From NCBI GenBank assembly GCA_005888115.1, contig VBKO01000341.1, positions 1-57,415 of the forward strand: a stretch of 57,415 bases of DNA, in the 5' to 3' direction. Both the position numbers and the translations under genes were made by a program. Source of the stretch: Deltaproteobacteria bacterium. Lineage in GTDB: Bacteria > Myxococcota > Myxococcia > Myxococcales > 40CM-4-68-19. This document shows positions 42,179 to 51,522 of the stretch, piece after piece; position 1 is the first letter of the stretch, and each line of letters opens with the position of its first letter. The notes under the pieces were generated by a model, which saw only the letters and a program-made list of their open reading frames with translations, did not search any database and was not told the origin of the DNA.

Positions 42179-44023
42179 TCACCGCTCCACGCGCGCGGCG
42201 ACCGACTCCGCGTGCTCGCGCAGCAGCCGCTCCAGCGAGGAGAGCGGCACCGCGCCGTGGGCGAGCACGGCGTCGTGGAAGTCGCGCAGGTCGAATCTCT
42301 CGCCCATCCGCCGGCGCGCCTCGTCGCGCAGACGGATTAGCTCCAGCTGCCCCACCATGTAGGCCAGCGCCTGCGCGGGGTGGATCGCGTATCGGTCGAT
42401 CTCGTTCGCCGCCTCGTCGGGCGAGAGCGTGGTGTGCTCGCGCAAGTACGAGAGTGCCCGTTCCCGGTCCCACTTGAGCGCGTGCATCCCGGTGTCGACC
42501 ACCAGCCGCGCCGCGCGCCACGCCTGATAGCCCAGCATGCCGAAGCGCGCGGGCGCGCCGGAATAGAGGTGCAGGTCCTCGTCGCTCATGCGCTCGGTGT
42601 AGAGCGCCCATCCTTCGATGAACGCGGTCTCGCCGGTGTGACGGCGGAATTCCGGCAGGTCGCGCAGCTCCTGCGCGAGCCCGATCTGCAGGTGGTGCCC
42701 GGGCACGGTTTCGTGGAAGCAGAGCGCCTCCTCGTTGTAGAGCGGCCGCGTCTCGGGCCGCAGCGTGTTCACGTAGTAGACCGCCGGGCGCGAGCCGTCC
42801 GCGGCGGCGGGCTGGTAGAAGGCCGGCGGGCTCGAAGCCGCCCGGTACGCCTCGATCGGGCGCGTCTCGATCGGCTGGCGCGGGAGCCGGCCGAACGCCT
42901 GCGGCAGCGCCGCCTGGGCGCGCGCCAGGGTGGCGCGGTTCCACTGCATCAGGGCGGCCGCCGTCTGCCGGAATTGCTCGCGGCTCCCTTCCAGCTTTGC
43001 CCGGTACTCCTTCGCACCGCTCGCACCCTCGGACCGGGCGATGCGTTCCATCTCTCCCTCGATCGAAGCGAGCGTCTTGAGCCCCAGATCGTGCAGCTCC
43101 TGAGGCGTGCGCTTGGTGCCGGTGTGGTGCGCGACCAGCGCGGCGTAGCACGGCTCGCCTCCAGGGAGCGCCCACAGGCCTACGTCCTTGCGCACCTTGG
43201 GCAACAGCTCGGCGGAGAGGAATTCCCGGTAGCGGCGCATGCCGGGCAGCACCTGCTCGACGATCGCCGCGCGGATCTTCTCGCGCGCCCCGCTGCGCTC
43301 GCCGTCCGCAAGGCCGGCGAATCGTTCCTCGGCGGGCAGCAGCACCGAGCCGGACGCGCCCTGCCGGAGGAGGTCGTCGAGCGAAGCGATGACGCGCTCC
43401 ACGTTCACGCGAGGCGAGGTGCGATCCTGGACGAGGCCACGGCGGAGGTTCGCGACGATCTGATCGAAGTAGCGCCCGGCCTGGCCGAAGCGGGTGGCCA
43501 GGTCGGCGGCGCCTTTCGCGGTGCCGAGCGGGTAGTACTGGCTGGTCTGCGCCAGCGCCACGTGCGGTCCGCCCATCTGGTCGACGAGCCAGGCGGGCGC
43601 GGAGCAGGCTTCTGCCGCGTCGGCGTCGGCGAGCTGGCGCCGCAGCATCTCCACCGTCAGCTGCTCGTCGGACGAGAGCTCCGCGGCTGGGAGCGTGGCG
43701 AGCTCCGCCCGCAGCTGCGCGAGGGTATCGATCACCTTGCGGTGCGCGTCGGGCGAAAGGTCGTCGAGCTTCGCGTCGAAGCGGTGCTCGCCGAGCGCGG
43801 TGGCGGAGAGCGGGCCGCCCATCCCGCCCTCCCCCAACAGCGGGAGGGGCGCCGTCTCGAGCAGCGCCGTCCAGTAACGTCGCGCGATCCCGTCGAGCTG
43901 TGCAGCGGCCCCGTGCGCGGGCCGCGGCGCGGCGGCAGGCACCGACAACCGGGCCGGCGGCGGCATCGGCTTGGTGGCGCAGCCCACGGCCGCGGCGGCG
44001 GCGGCGATCCACGGCGCGCGCAT
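42179..44023 (-). CDS. DUF885 domain-containing lipoprotein
   Basis: 614 aa with the lipobox AAAVGC. HETVPGHHLQ and EGWALYTE are typical of DUF885. Confidence 0.85.
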   Translation of the reverse strand: MRAPWIAAAAAAVGCATKPMPPPARLSVPAAAPRPAHGAAAQLDGIARRYWTALLETAPLPLLGEGGMGGPLSATALGEHRFDAKLDDLSPDAHRKVIDTLAQLRAELATLPAAELSSDEQLTVEMLRRQLADADAAEACSAPAWLVDQMGGPHVALAQTSQYYPLGTAKGAADLATRFGQAGRYFDQIVANLRRGLVQDRTSPRVNVERVIASLDDLLRQGASGSVLLPAEERFAGLADGERSGAREKIRAAIVEQVLPGMRRYREFLSAELLPKVRKDVGLWALPGGEPCYAALVAHHTGTKRTPQELHDLGLKTLASIEGEMERIARSEGASGAKEYRAKLEGSREQFRQTAAALMQWNRATLARAQAALPQAFGRLPRQPIETRPIEAYRAASSPPAFYQPAAADGSRPAVYYVNTLRPETRPLYNEEALCFHETVPGHHLQIGLAQELRDLPEFRRHTGETAFIEGWALYTERMSDEDLHLYSGAPARFGMLGYQAWRAARLVVDTGMHALKWDRERALSYLREHTTLSPDEAANEIDRYAIHPAQALAYMVGQLELIRLRDEARRRMGERFDLRDFHDAVLAHGAVPLSSLERLLREHAESVAARVER

Positions 44024-44101
44024 GGCAACCGGACCCTGCTGCGCCGGCGCGCGTCCGTCAAGCCCCGGCAGCGGCTGGCGGCCTGGAGTATCGTCGGCGC
44101 G

Positions 44102-45367
44102 ATGCCGCCCTCGGTCGAATCGGCCTCCCGCATCAACCTGCGCTGGATCGTGCGGCTGCGCTGGGGCGCGGTGGTGGGGCAGGTCGTCACCATCCTGCTC
44201 GCCGCCCGCATGTTGCACGAGGCGCTGCCGGTGAAGGCGCTTCTCGGCGTCTGCGCCGCGCTCGCCCTCGTGAACCTCGGCACCCATGTCTGGCTGCTGA
44301 AGGGCGGCAATCCCAGCGAACGCGCCAGCGGCCTGAACCTGCTCGGTGACGTGCTGGCGCTCACGGCGCTGCTCGCGCTCTCGGGCGGCGCCTACAACCC
44401 GTTCGCGGTGCTGTACCTGGTGCACATCACCATCGCCGCGGTGGTGCTGCCCCCGCGCTGGAGCCTGGCGCTGACGGCGGTCAGCATCGCGGCGTACACG
44501 CTCTTGCAACTGATGCCCGAGGGGCCGCTGCTCGTCCTCGGCGGCGAGGACCAGCTCGTGCTGCACGCGCGCGGACGGTGGGTGGCCTTCGTGGTGGCGG
44601 CAGTCTTCATCGGAACGTTCACGCTGCGGATGAGCGGTTCGCTCCGCCGGCGCGAGGCGGAGCTGGAGCGCACGCGGTCGGGTGCGGAAGCAGCCGAGCG
44701 GCTCGCCGCGTTGGGCACGCTGGCCGCCGGAACCGCCCACGAGCTGAACACGCCGCTCGGGACCATCGCCATCCTCGCCGGCGAGCTGGCCGCCCAGCTC
44801 GAGGGCGACCGGAGGGCGGAGGCCGAGGAGATCCGCAACCAGGTCCAGCGATGCAAGCAGATCATCACCGGCATGCTCGCGCCGCGCGGCGGGGCGGACC
44901 TGGAGGAGCCGAAGGAGTTCGAGGTGGCGCCGGTGCTGGAGGCCGCGGTGAAACGATGGCAGGAGGGACGGCCGGGACCCAAGCCGGTGCTGGACATCCA
45001 GCCGCAGGCGACCCGCGCGCGGGCGCGGCTGCCGGTACACGCCTTCGAGCGGGCGATCGCCAATCTGCTCGACAACGCCGCCGAGGCGACCGAGAACCGG
45101 CCCGCGCGCGAAGTGCGCATCGGGCTGAGCCGCTCGCAGGGCGAGCTGCGCATCCAGGTGAGCGACAACGGCATCGGCGTCCCGGAGCCGCTGCTGCGGC
45201 GCATCGGAGAGCCGTTCTTCACCACCAAGGAACCGGGCCGTGGGACCGGGCTCGGACTCTATCTGGCGCGGCACGTGGTGGAGCGCCAGGGAGGGGAAAT
45301 GCGCGTCGCCTCGGCCGAGGGCCGCGGCACGGAGGTCATCTTGACGGTGCCGGAAGCGGGCGCTTAA
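44102..45367 (+). CDS. regB: RegB/PrrB-type redox-responsive sensor histidine kinase
   Basis: NLRWIVRLRW N-terminus, membrane-loop motif SGGAYNPF (GGXXNPF), H-box AAGTAHELNTPLG, a Cys in the cationic context QVQRCKQII, and an ATPase domain (GRGTGLGLYL). Confidence 0.85.
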   Translation: MPPSVESASRINLRWIVRLRWGAVVGQVVTILLAARMLHEALPVKALLGVCAALALVNLGTHVWLLKGGNPSERASGLNLLGDVLALTALLALSGGAYNPFAVLYLVHITIAAVVLPPRWSLALTAVSIAAYTLLQLMPEGPLLVLGGEDQLVLHARGRWVAFVVAAVFIGTFTLRMSGSLRRREAELERTRSGAEAAERLAALGTLAAGTAHELNTPLGTIAILAGELAAQLEGDRRAEAEEIRNQVQRCKQIITGMLAPRGGADLEEPKEFEVAPVLEAAVKRWQEGRPGPKPVLDIQPQATRARARLPVHAFERAIANLLDNAAEATENRPAREVRIGLSRSQGELRIQVSDNGIGVPEPLLRRIGEPFFTTKEPGRGTGLGLYLARHVVERQGGEMRVASAEGRGTEVILTVPEAGA

Positions 45368-45377
45368 ACAGGCTTCG

Positions 45378-45896
45378 ATGCCCCGACTCCTCATCGTGGA
45401 CGACGACGAGCCGTTCCGTCTCGCCATGCGCAACGCCTTCCTGCGCCGCGGCTACGAGGTGTCCCTGGCCGGTAGCGCAGACGAGGCCCAGTCGGCGCTG
45501 CAGAAAGAGACGCCCGACTACGCCGTGGTCGACCTGCGCATGCCGGGCCCCAGCGGGCTGGAGGTGGTGCGGGCGCTGCGGGCACTCCCCAGGCCCCCGC
45601 AGGTCGTCGTCCTGACCGGCTACGGCACCATCGGGACCGCGGTCGAGGCGATCCGGCTGGGCGCGATCAACTACCTGAACAAGCCCGCCGACGCGGACGA
45701 GGTCGAGGCTGCCCTGCTCGGAAAGCGCGCGCCCCCGCCGGTCCACGAGGTCCCCTCGCTGGATCGCCAGGAGTGGGAGTACCTGAACCGCATCCTGGCC
45801 GATTGCAACGGCAACATCTCCGAGGCGGCGCGCCGGCTGAAGATGCACCGGCGGACGCTCCAGCGGAAGCTGCAGAAGCACCCACCCAAGGTCTGA
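45378..45896 (+). CDS. regA: RegA/PrrA/ActR-type response regulator
   Basis: Receiver domain (LLIVDDD, VVDLRMPG) plus a Fis-like HTH (NISEAARRLKMHRRTLQRKLQK) that nearly matches the conserved RegA helix-turn-helix. Confidence 0.9.
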   Translation: MPRLLIVDDDEPFRLAMRNAFLRRGYEVSLAGSADEAQSALQKETPDYAVVDLRMPGPSGLEVVRALRALPRPPQVVVLTGYGTIGTAVEAIRLGAINYLNKPADADEVEAALLGKRAPPPVHEVPSLDRQEWEYLNRILADCNGNISEAARRLKMHRRTLQRKLQKHPPKV

Positions 45897-45913
45897 CCAC
45901 GGCAAGGATCTCC

Positions 45914-47827
45914 ATGCGCATCGCCGCCGCCTTCCCGTGCGCGCTCGCCCTCGCCTGCGCCGCCTCGAGACCGGCCGCGCAAGCGCAGCAGCCGGCGCGC
46001 GCTCCCGTTCCGCTCGACGAGTATTTCAAGGTCCGGCGGCACTACACGTTCTTCTCGCGCGGGCTGCGCTTCTCCCACGACGAGAAGCTCGCCGTGTTCC
46101 AGAGCGACGCGGGCGGGCGGCTGGACTTGTGGGTGAAGCCGCTGGACGGCGGCCCGGCGCGCCAGGTCACGCGGGTGCAAGGCTTTCTCGGAGAGTTCGC
46201 CTTCTCTCCCGCGGCGGACGTGCTCGCCTACGAGGCGGACGTCGGCGGCGACGAGCTGCCCCACCTTTTTCTGACCGATTCGGAGGGCACGGCGCCGCGC
46301 GACATCACCGCGGACTACCCGAAGGGCCGCCGCACGCAATTCGTCGAGTGGGCGCCGGACGGCAAGACGTTCCTGTACCTGTCCAACCTGCGCGACGAGA
46401 AGATGCTCGACCTTTACGAGTACGATCTCGCCTCCGGACGCCCGCAGCTGCTCTGGATCGCGACCGGCTCGCTGGCGTTCGGCGCAGCCGACCGCGCGCA
46501 TCGGCGCTTCGCGTTGCGCGAGACGCTCTCCGACAAGGACAGCAACCTCTGGCTCTTCGAGCGCGGCGAGGAGCAACCCGTCCTGCTCACCCGGCACCAG
46601 GGCGAGGTCCTCTACCAGCCGCTGGATTTCGCCGCCGACGGGAAGCTGCTCTTCACCTCCGACCAGGCCGGCGAGTACACCGGGCTGTACGCGATGGATC
46701 TCGCGACCAGGCGCGTGTCGCCCCTGGCCCAGCCGGAGTGGGACGTGGACTCGGCGGGGGAGTCGCTCCGTCACCGCTATCGCTTCGTCGCCGTCAACGC
46801 GGACGGCACCACCCAGCTGTCGGTGCAGGACCTCTCGTCGGGGAAGAGGGTGGCTCTCCCCGAGGCGCCGCTGGGCGGCGGATGGTTCCCCGCCGACTTC
46901 TCGCCCGGCGAGCGCTACCTGGGCGTGTTCCTGCTGACCGACGCCGCGCCGCACACGCCGTACGCGCTGGATCTGGAGTCCGGAGAAGCTCGCCGCCTCG
47001 ACGATCCGCTGCCCCCGTCGCTGCGCGGACGCGACATGGCGGTGGGGGAATCGGTGCGCATCCCGAGCTTCGACGGCAAAGCCGTCCCCGCTTTCGCCTA
47101 CCGACCCCGCGGCGACCCGGTCGGAGCGGTCATCCTGGTCCACGGCGGGCCGACCTGGCAGGCGCGGCGCACCTTCGGCGCGTTCACGCAGTACCTCGTC
47201 TCCAAGGGCTACGCCGTACTCGTTCCCAACGTGCGCGGTTCGACCGGCTACGGGAAGTCATGGACGCGGCTGGACAGCCACGACCTCGGCGGCGGTCCGC
47301 TGCAGGACGTGGTCGCCTGCAAGTGGTGGCTGGTCGGTAACGCCGGCGTGCCCGACGACAAGGTGGTGGTGATGGGCGGCAGCTACGGCGGCTACATGGC
47401 GCTGGCGGCCGAGGCCTTCGCTCCGGAGGAGTTCGCGGCCAACGTGGACTACTTCGGCGTCTCGGACCTCAAGAGCCTGGTGGAGAGCTTCCCGGCGTAC
47501 TGGGCGTCGTCGTCGCAGGAGATCTACGAGAAGTTCGGCAATCCGCGCGACCCCAAGGATGCCAAGTACCAGCACGACCGATCGCCGATCCACTTCGTCG
47601 ACCGGATGAAGCGGCCTCTGTTCGTCGCGCAGGGCGACAAGGACCCGCGCGTCACGAAGGACCAGTCCGATCGGATCGTCGAGGCGCTCCGGAAGCGGAA
47701 GGTCCCGGTCGAGTACCTGCTGCTCGAGAACGAAGGCCACGGGTTCTCCCGCACCGAGAGCATGCTGCGCACCTACCAGGCGACCGATGCCTTCCTCGAC
47801 CGCTATCTGCTCGGAGGCGCTCGGTGA
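45914..47827 (+). CDS. S9 family prolyl oligopeptidase / acylaminoacyl-peptidase, secreted
   Basis: Signal peptide, beta-propeller half, catalytic GGSYGGY, QGDKDPRV and ENEGHGF. Confidence 0.92.
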   Translation: MRIAAAFPCALALACAASRPAAQAQQPARAPVPLDEYFKVRRHYTFFSRGLRFSHDEKLAVFQSDAGGRLDLWVKPLDGGPARQVTRVQGFLGEFAFSPAADVLAYEADVGGDELPHLFLTDSEGTAPRDITADYPKGRRTQFVEWAPDGKTFLYLSNLRDEKMLDLYEYDLASGRPQLLWIATGSLAFGAADRAHRRFALRETLSDKDSNLWLFERGEEQPVLLTRHQGEVLYQPLDFAADGKLLFTSDQAGEYTGLYAMDLATRRVSPLAQPEWDVDSAGESLRHRYRFVAVNADGTTQLSVQDLSSGKRVALPEAPLGGGWFPADFSPGERYLGVFLLTDAAPHTPYALDLESGEARRLDDPLPPSLRGRDMAVGESVRIPSFDGKAVPAFAYRPRGDPVGAVILVHGGPTWQARRTFGAFTQYLVSKGYAVLVPNVRGSTGYGKSWTRLDSHDLGGGPLQDVVACKWWLVGNAGVPDDKVVVMGGSYGGYMALAAEAFAPEEFAANVDYFGVSDLKSLVESFPAYWASSSQEIYEKFGNPRDPKDAKYQHDRSPIHFVDRMKRPLFVAQGDKDPRVTKDQSDRIVEALRKRKVPVEYLLLENEGHGFSRTESMLRTYQATDAFLDRYLLGGAR

Positions 47828-47952
47828 CCGAACGGGTGCGATTCGTCGATCAGTGACGGAACGGCGGACGCCCGGTGTACCGAAAGTCGGCAGGGTTTCG
47901 CGGCCTCCCCGAGGGGAGCGCCGTCGGCACGGCGCGTGAAGGGAGGCCTCGG

Positions 47953-48690
47953 ATGGACAACGAGGTCGCCATGAGCTCCGCTCGACGTCTCTCCCCCTCC
48001 CCGGGTCAGATCACCGCACGCAGCGCCGAAATCGAAGGCCAGGTCGTCACCGTCTCCCCCCTCATCTGTGGTTGCGTCGACCACGTCCTGGTCGTCGAGA
48101 ACCAGCTCGTCGAAAAGGGCGCCTTGCTCGTCGAGCTCGACCATCGCGAGATCGATCGCAAGATCGCCGCCTCCTCGGCGGAGTTCGACGCCGCGTTGCT
48201 GGGCTCCGCCTGTGAGCAAGCGCCGGCGCGCGCCGGTCGTCCCCAGGACCCAGCTGCCTCCTTCGAGCGCGTACGCCGGTCGCGTGCGCGCAACGGCTAC
48301 CTGCTCGCGCGCCTGTGGCGGCTCAATGCGGAGGTGCCAGCGCCGGTCGACGGCCGAGTCATCGGGATCGCGGCGCGGCCCGGGGACCTCGTGGGGATTG
48401 CACAGCCTCTCGTCACCCTCCTGCAATCCGACGAGCTCTGGATCGTGGCGACTTTCGACCGGGGCGCGCTCGAGCGCGTCCGCGCAGGGCAGCGCGCGTC
48501 GGTGCACGCAGCCGGCGCCACGTTCACCGCCCGCGTCGACAGCATTGCCCCCGCGGACGGCCAGGCATTGCTGGAGTTCGTCGAGTCCGCCGTCGAGCCG
48601 GGAGCCGTGCTCCGGCCCGGTGCGCCCGCGGCCGTGATCGTAGATACCCGCGGGCCCCTGGTGGGCAAGCCGCTCTCGGGATTGACGTAG
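47953..48690 (+). CDS. Short HlyD-family-like protein lacking TM anchor and most of the coiled coil (orphan, possibly degenerate)
   Basis: ATG 47953 has GAAGGGAGG upstream; the ORF itself opens at 47875. Lipoyl-like VDHVLVVENQLVEKGALLVELD, VPAPVDGRVIGIAARPGDLV, ELWIVATF. Confidence 0.6.
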   Translation: MDNEVAMSSARRLSPSPGQITARSAEIEGQVVTVSPLICGCVDHVLVVENQLVEKGALLVELDHREIDRKIAASSAEFDAALLGSACEQAPARAGRPQDPAASFERVRRSRARNGYLLARLWRLNAEVPAPVDGRVIGIAARPGDLVGIAQPLVTLLQSDELWIVATFDRGALERVRAGQRASVHAAGATFTARVDSIAPADGQALLEFVESAVEPGAVLRPGAPAAVIVDTRGPLVGKPLSGLT

Positions 48691-48792
48691 CGCTCGCTCG
48701 GACCTCCCCACGACCTGGATCTACCGCGCGAATGGCATGCAAAGCGCGGCGCGGTGTGTTAGACGCCAGCACCTTTCAGGAAGCGTGCCGAA

Positions 48793-50388
48793 ATGATCCA
48801 GGTCACGAACGTCACCAAGGCGTTCGCCGGCAAGAAGCTGTTCGAGAGCGTGTCCACCACCTTTCCGCCCGGGCGCCGCTATGGCCTGACCGGGCCGAAC
48901 GGCGCGGGGAAGACCACGTTCATGAAGATCCTCTCCGGCGATCTCGAGCCGGACAGCGGAACCGTGTCGCGGCCGAAGCGACTCTCCGTCCTCAAGCAGG
49001 ACCAGTACGGCTATGAGGACAAGCGCGTCCTGGACGTCGTCCTGATGGGCAACCGCATCCTCTGGGACGCGATGCACGAGAAGGAGAAGCTGCTCGCAAA
49101 GCCCGAGTTGTCCAACGAGGAGGGTGCGCGCCTCGGCGAATTGGAGGGCGTAATCGCCGAGGAGGACGGATACTCCGCCGAGGCGCAGGCCGCCATGCTC
49201 CTCGACGGCCTGGGCGTCTTCGAGAGCGATCACCAGCGGCTGATGCGCGAGGTCACCGGCGGCGACAAGGTCCGCGTCCTGCTCGCGCAGGCCCTGTTCG
49301 GCAAGCCCACCGCTCTCCTCCTCGACGAGCCCACCAACTCGCTGGACATCGACTCGATCCACTGGCTGGAGGATTTCCTGGAGAACTACGAGGGGACGCT
49401 GGTGGTGATCTCCCACGACCGGCACTTCCTCAACGCCATCTCCACGCACATCGCCGACATCGACTACGAGACCATCATCACCTACGTCGGCGCGTACGAC
49501 GACATGGTGCGCGCCAAGGCGCAGGTCCGCTCGCGCATCGAGTCCGAGAACGCCGACAAGATGAAGAAGCGCGAGCAGCTGCAGGAGTTCGTGGCGCGCT
49601 TCTCGGCGGGCACTCGCGCTTCCCAGGTGCAGAGCCGCATCAAGCAGCTGGAGAAGCTCTCGCTCAGCGACATCAAGAAGTCGAACATCGCCCGACCGTT
49701 CATCAAGTTCGAGCAGAAGCGGCCGAGCGGCAAGCAGACCCTCACCATCGAGGGTCTCACCAAGGGGTTCGAGAAGAAGAAGCCTCTGTTCAAGGAGTTC
49801 AGCGCCCTCATTACGAAGGGCGAGAAGGTGGCGATCGTCGGGCGCAACGGCGTGGGCAAGACGACGTTCCTGCGCACCATCCTCGGCGAGCTGAAGCCCG
49901 ATGCGGGCACGGCCGCGTGGGGCCACGAGGCGCAGATCGGCTACATGCCGCAGGACGTGCGGCCGATCATTCCCAACGACACCACCTGCTTCGACTACCT
50001 GCACGACATCGATCCCAGCGCCGGCAACGAGCAGATCCGCGGCCTCCTCGGCCGCATGCTCTTCCGCGGCGATGAAGGCATGAAGCCGACCAAGGCGCTC
50101 TCCGGCGGCGAGGCGGTGCGCCTGCTCTTCTGCAAGCTCATGCTGGTCCAGCCGAACATCCTGGTGCTCGACGAGCCGACCAGTCACCTCGATCTGGAAT
50201 CGATCAGTGCGCTGGCCGACGGCCTGCAGAACTACCCGGGCACGGTGCTGTTCGTCGCCCACGACCGCGACCTGATCAGCTCCACCGCCTCACGGATCTT
50301 CGCCTTCACCCACGGCCAGCTGGAGGACTTCCCCGGGGACTACGAGGCGTTCCTGGAGAGGCACGGCGGGTTCGTGGACGCGCACTGA
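48793..50388 (+). CDS. ABC-F family ATPase (YbiT-like)
   Basis: 531 aa with two ABC cassettes (GPNGAGKTT, GRNGVGKTT; LLLDEPTN, LVLDEPTSHLD) and an inter-domain linker. No TM domain. Confidence 0.93.
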   Translation: MIQVTNVTKAFAGKKLFESVSTTFPPGRRYGLTGPNGAGKTTFMKILSGDLEPDSGTVSRPKRLSVLKQDQYGYEDKRVLDVVLMGNRILWDAMHEKEKLLAKPELSNEEGARLGELEGVIAEEDGYSAEAQAAMLLDGLGVFESDHQRLMREVTGGDKVRVLLAQALFGKPTALLLDEPTNSLDIDSIHWLEDFLENYEGTLVVISHDRHFLNAISTHIADIDYETIITYVGAYDDMVRAKAQVRSRIESENADKMKKREQLQEFVARFSAGTRASQVQSRIKQLEKLSLSDIKKSNIARPFIKFEQKRPSGKQTLTIEGLTKGFEKKKPLFKEFSALITKGEKVAIVGRNGVGKTTFLRTILGELKPDAGTAAWGHEAQIGYMPQDVRPIIPNDTTCFDYLHDIDPSAGNEQIRGLLGRMLFRGDEGMKPTKALSGGEAVRLLFCKLMLVQPNILVLDEPTSHLDLESISALADGLQNYPGTVLFVAHDRDLISSTASRIFAFTHGQLEDFPGDYEAFLERHGGFVDAH

Positions 50389-51460
50389 CGACCTTCACGG
50401 ATTCCCTTACGGCATCGTACAGTCGCGCTGCGAACGGCGATCGGGGAATGTCGTCGGGAATGTCCGCGGTCATCACGACGACCAGACCGAGGTCCCGGAA
50501 TACCCCGATGCGCTGGCCTGCGCCGCCCCAGGCCTCGAACAGCTTCCGCTCGGGATACAGCCACCAGTAATAGCCATACCCGGCAGCGCCGCCGCGCGCC
50601 GGCATCTTCACGTGACCAGTCAACGCTCTCTCGACCCATTCGCGATCGAGGATCCGGTTCGTCCCCGACTCTCCGTAGCCGAAGTAGAGAGAGCCGAGCT
50701 TCGCCATGTCCACGGGGCGCATCTGTAAAGCCGCCGAGCCGATGCTCCGTCCTTGCGGGTCGGAATCCCAGGCAACGTCCCTGATCTGCAGAGGCTCGAA
50801 CAGACGCTTCCGTGCGAACTCGAGCGCGGTGATCCCGGTCGCCTTCTGGAGAATTGCTGACAGCAGGTGTGAGTCGCCGTTGCTGTAGTTCGTCACGGTG
50901 CCAGGTTCCGCAGCCATTGGCCTGTCGAGGATGAACCGTACCCAATCGGAGCTGCGGCCCATCTGGTCCGACGCGTTTTCCCTGGCGGACTGCGGCCAGG
51001 AGATCCCGGACGACATGGTGAGCAGATGCTTGACGGTGATTCTCTTCCTCCGCGGGTCGCCGTCCGCGGAAACGTACTCGGGGAAGTACGACGACACGAG
51101 GTCGTCTTCGCGCAGCTTCTCCTCGTGCACGGCGATTCCAACCAACGCCGAGAGGAAGGCCTTGGTAGCGGAGTTCAGGTAGTGCTTCTGCTCGCGGTGA
51201 TACGGAGGCCAGTACGCCTCGACCACCAGGCATCCGTTCCTGACCACGACGAGGCTGTGCAGGGCCTTGCCCTCGCGCTGGATGTCCCGGAACGCCCGCT
51301 GGAGCACGCTCGAATCCATGCCCTGCTCCTCGGGAGTGGACACGCACGGCGCTGCGGTGGGAACCGCAGCAGCGCTGCGCTCCAACGTGCTCCCGCCCGA
51401 CGCGCAGGCGCCTCCCGGAGACGACAGGAGGGCGAGGACGAAACCGATGCCGGCACGCAT
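50306..51460 (-). CDS. Serine hydrolase, beta-lactamase/class-C-like family, exported
   Basis: AGGAGG upstream of ATG 51460; a signal/lipobox-like N-terminus; SxxK (NSATK) and YxN (YSNGD). The last 28 codons overlap the convergent ABC-F gene. Confidence 0.85.
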   Translation of the reverse strand: MRAGIGFVLALLSSPGGACASGGSTLERSAAAVPTAAPCVSTPEEQGMDSSVLQRAFRDIQREGKALHSLVVVRNGCLVVEAYWPPYHREQKHYLNSATKAFLSALVGIAVHEEKLREDDLVSSYFPEYVSADGDPRRKRITVKHLLTMSSGISWPQSARENASDQMGRSSDWVRFILDRPMAAEPGTVTNYSNGDSHLLSAILQKATGITALEFARKRLFEPLQIRDVAWDSDPQGRSIGSAALQMRPVDMAKLGSLYFGYGESGTNRILDREWVERALTGHVKMPARGGAAGYGYYWWLYPERKLFEAWGGAGQRIGVFRDLGLVVVMTADIPDDIPRSPFAARLYDAVRESVKVVSARPRTRRASPGTPRSPRGSPPAGRG

Positions 51461-51522
51461 GCGCCCTCCTGGCACGGGAGCGCGACACTTTAACCGCCGC
51501 CCGCGGCTTCCTCCAGGGGTGC

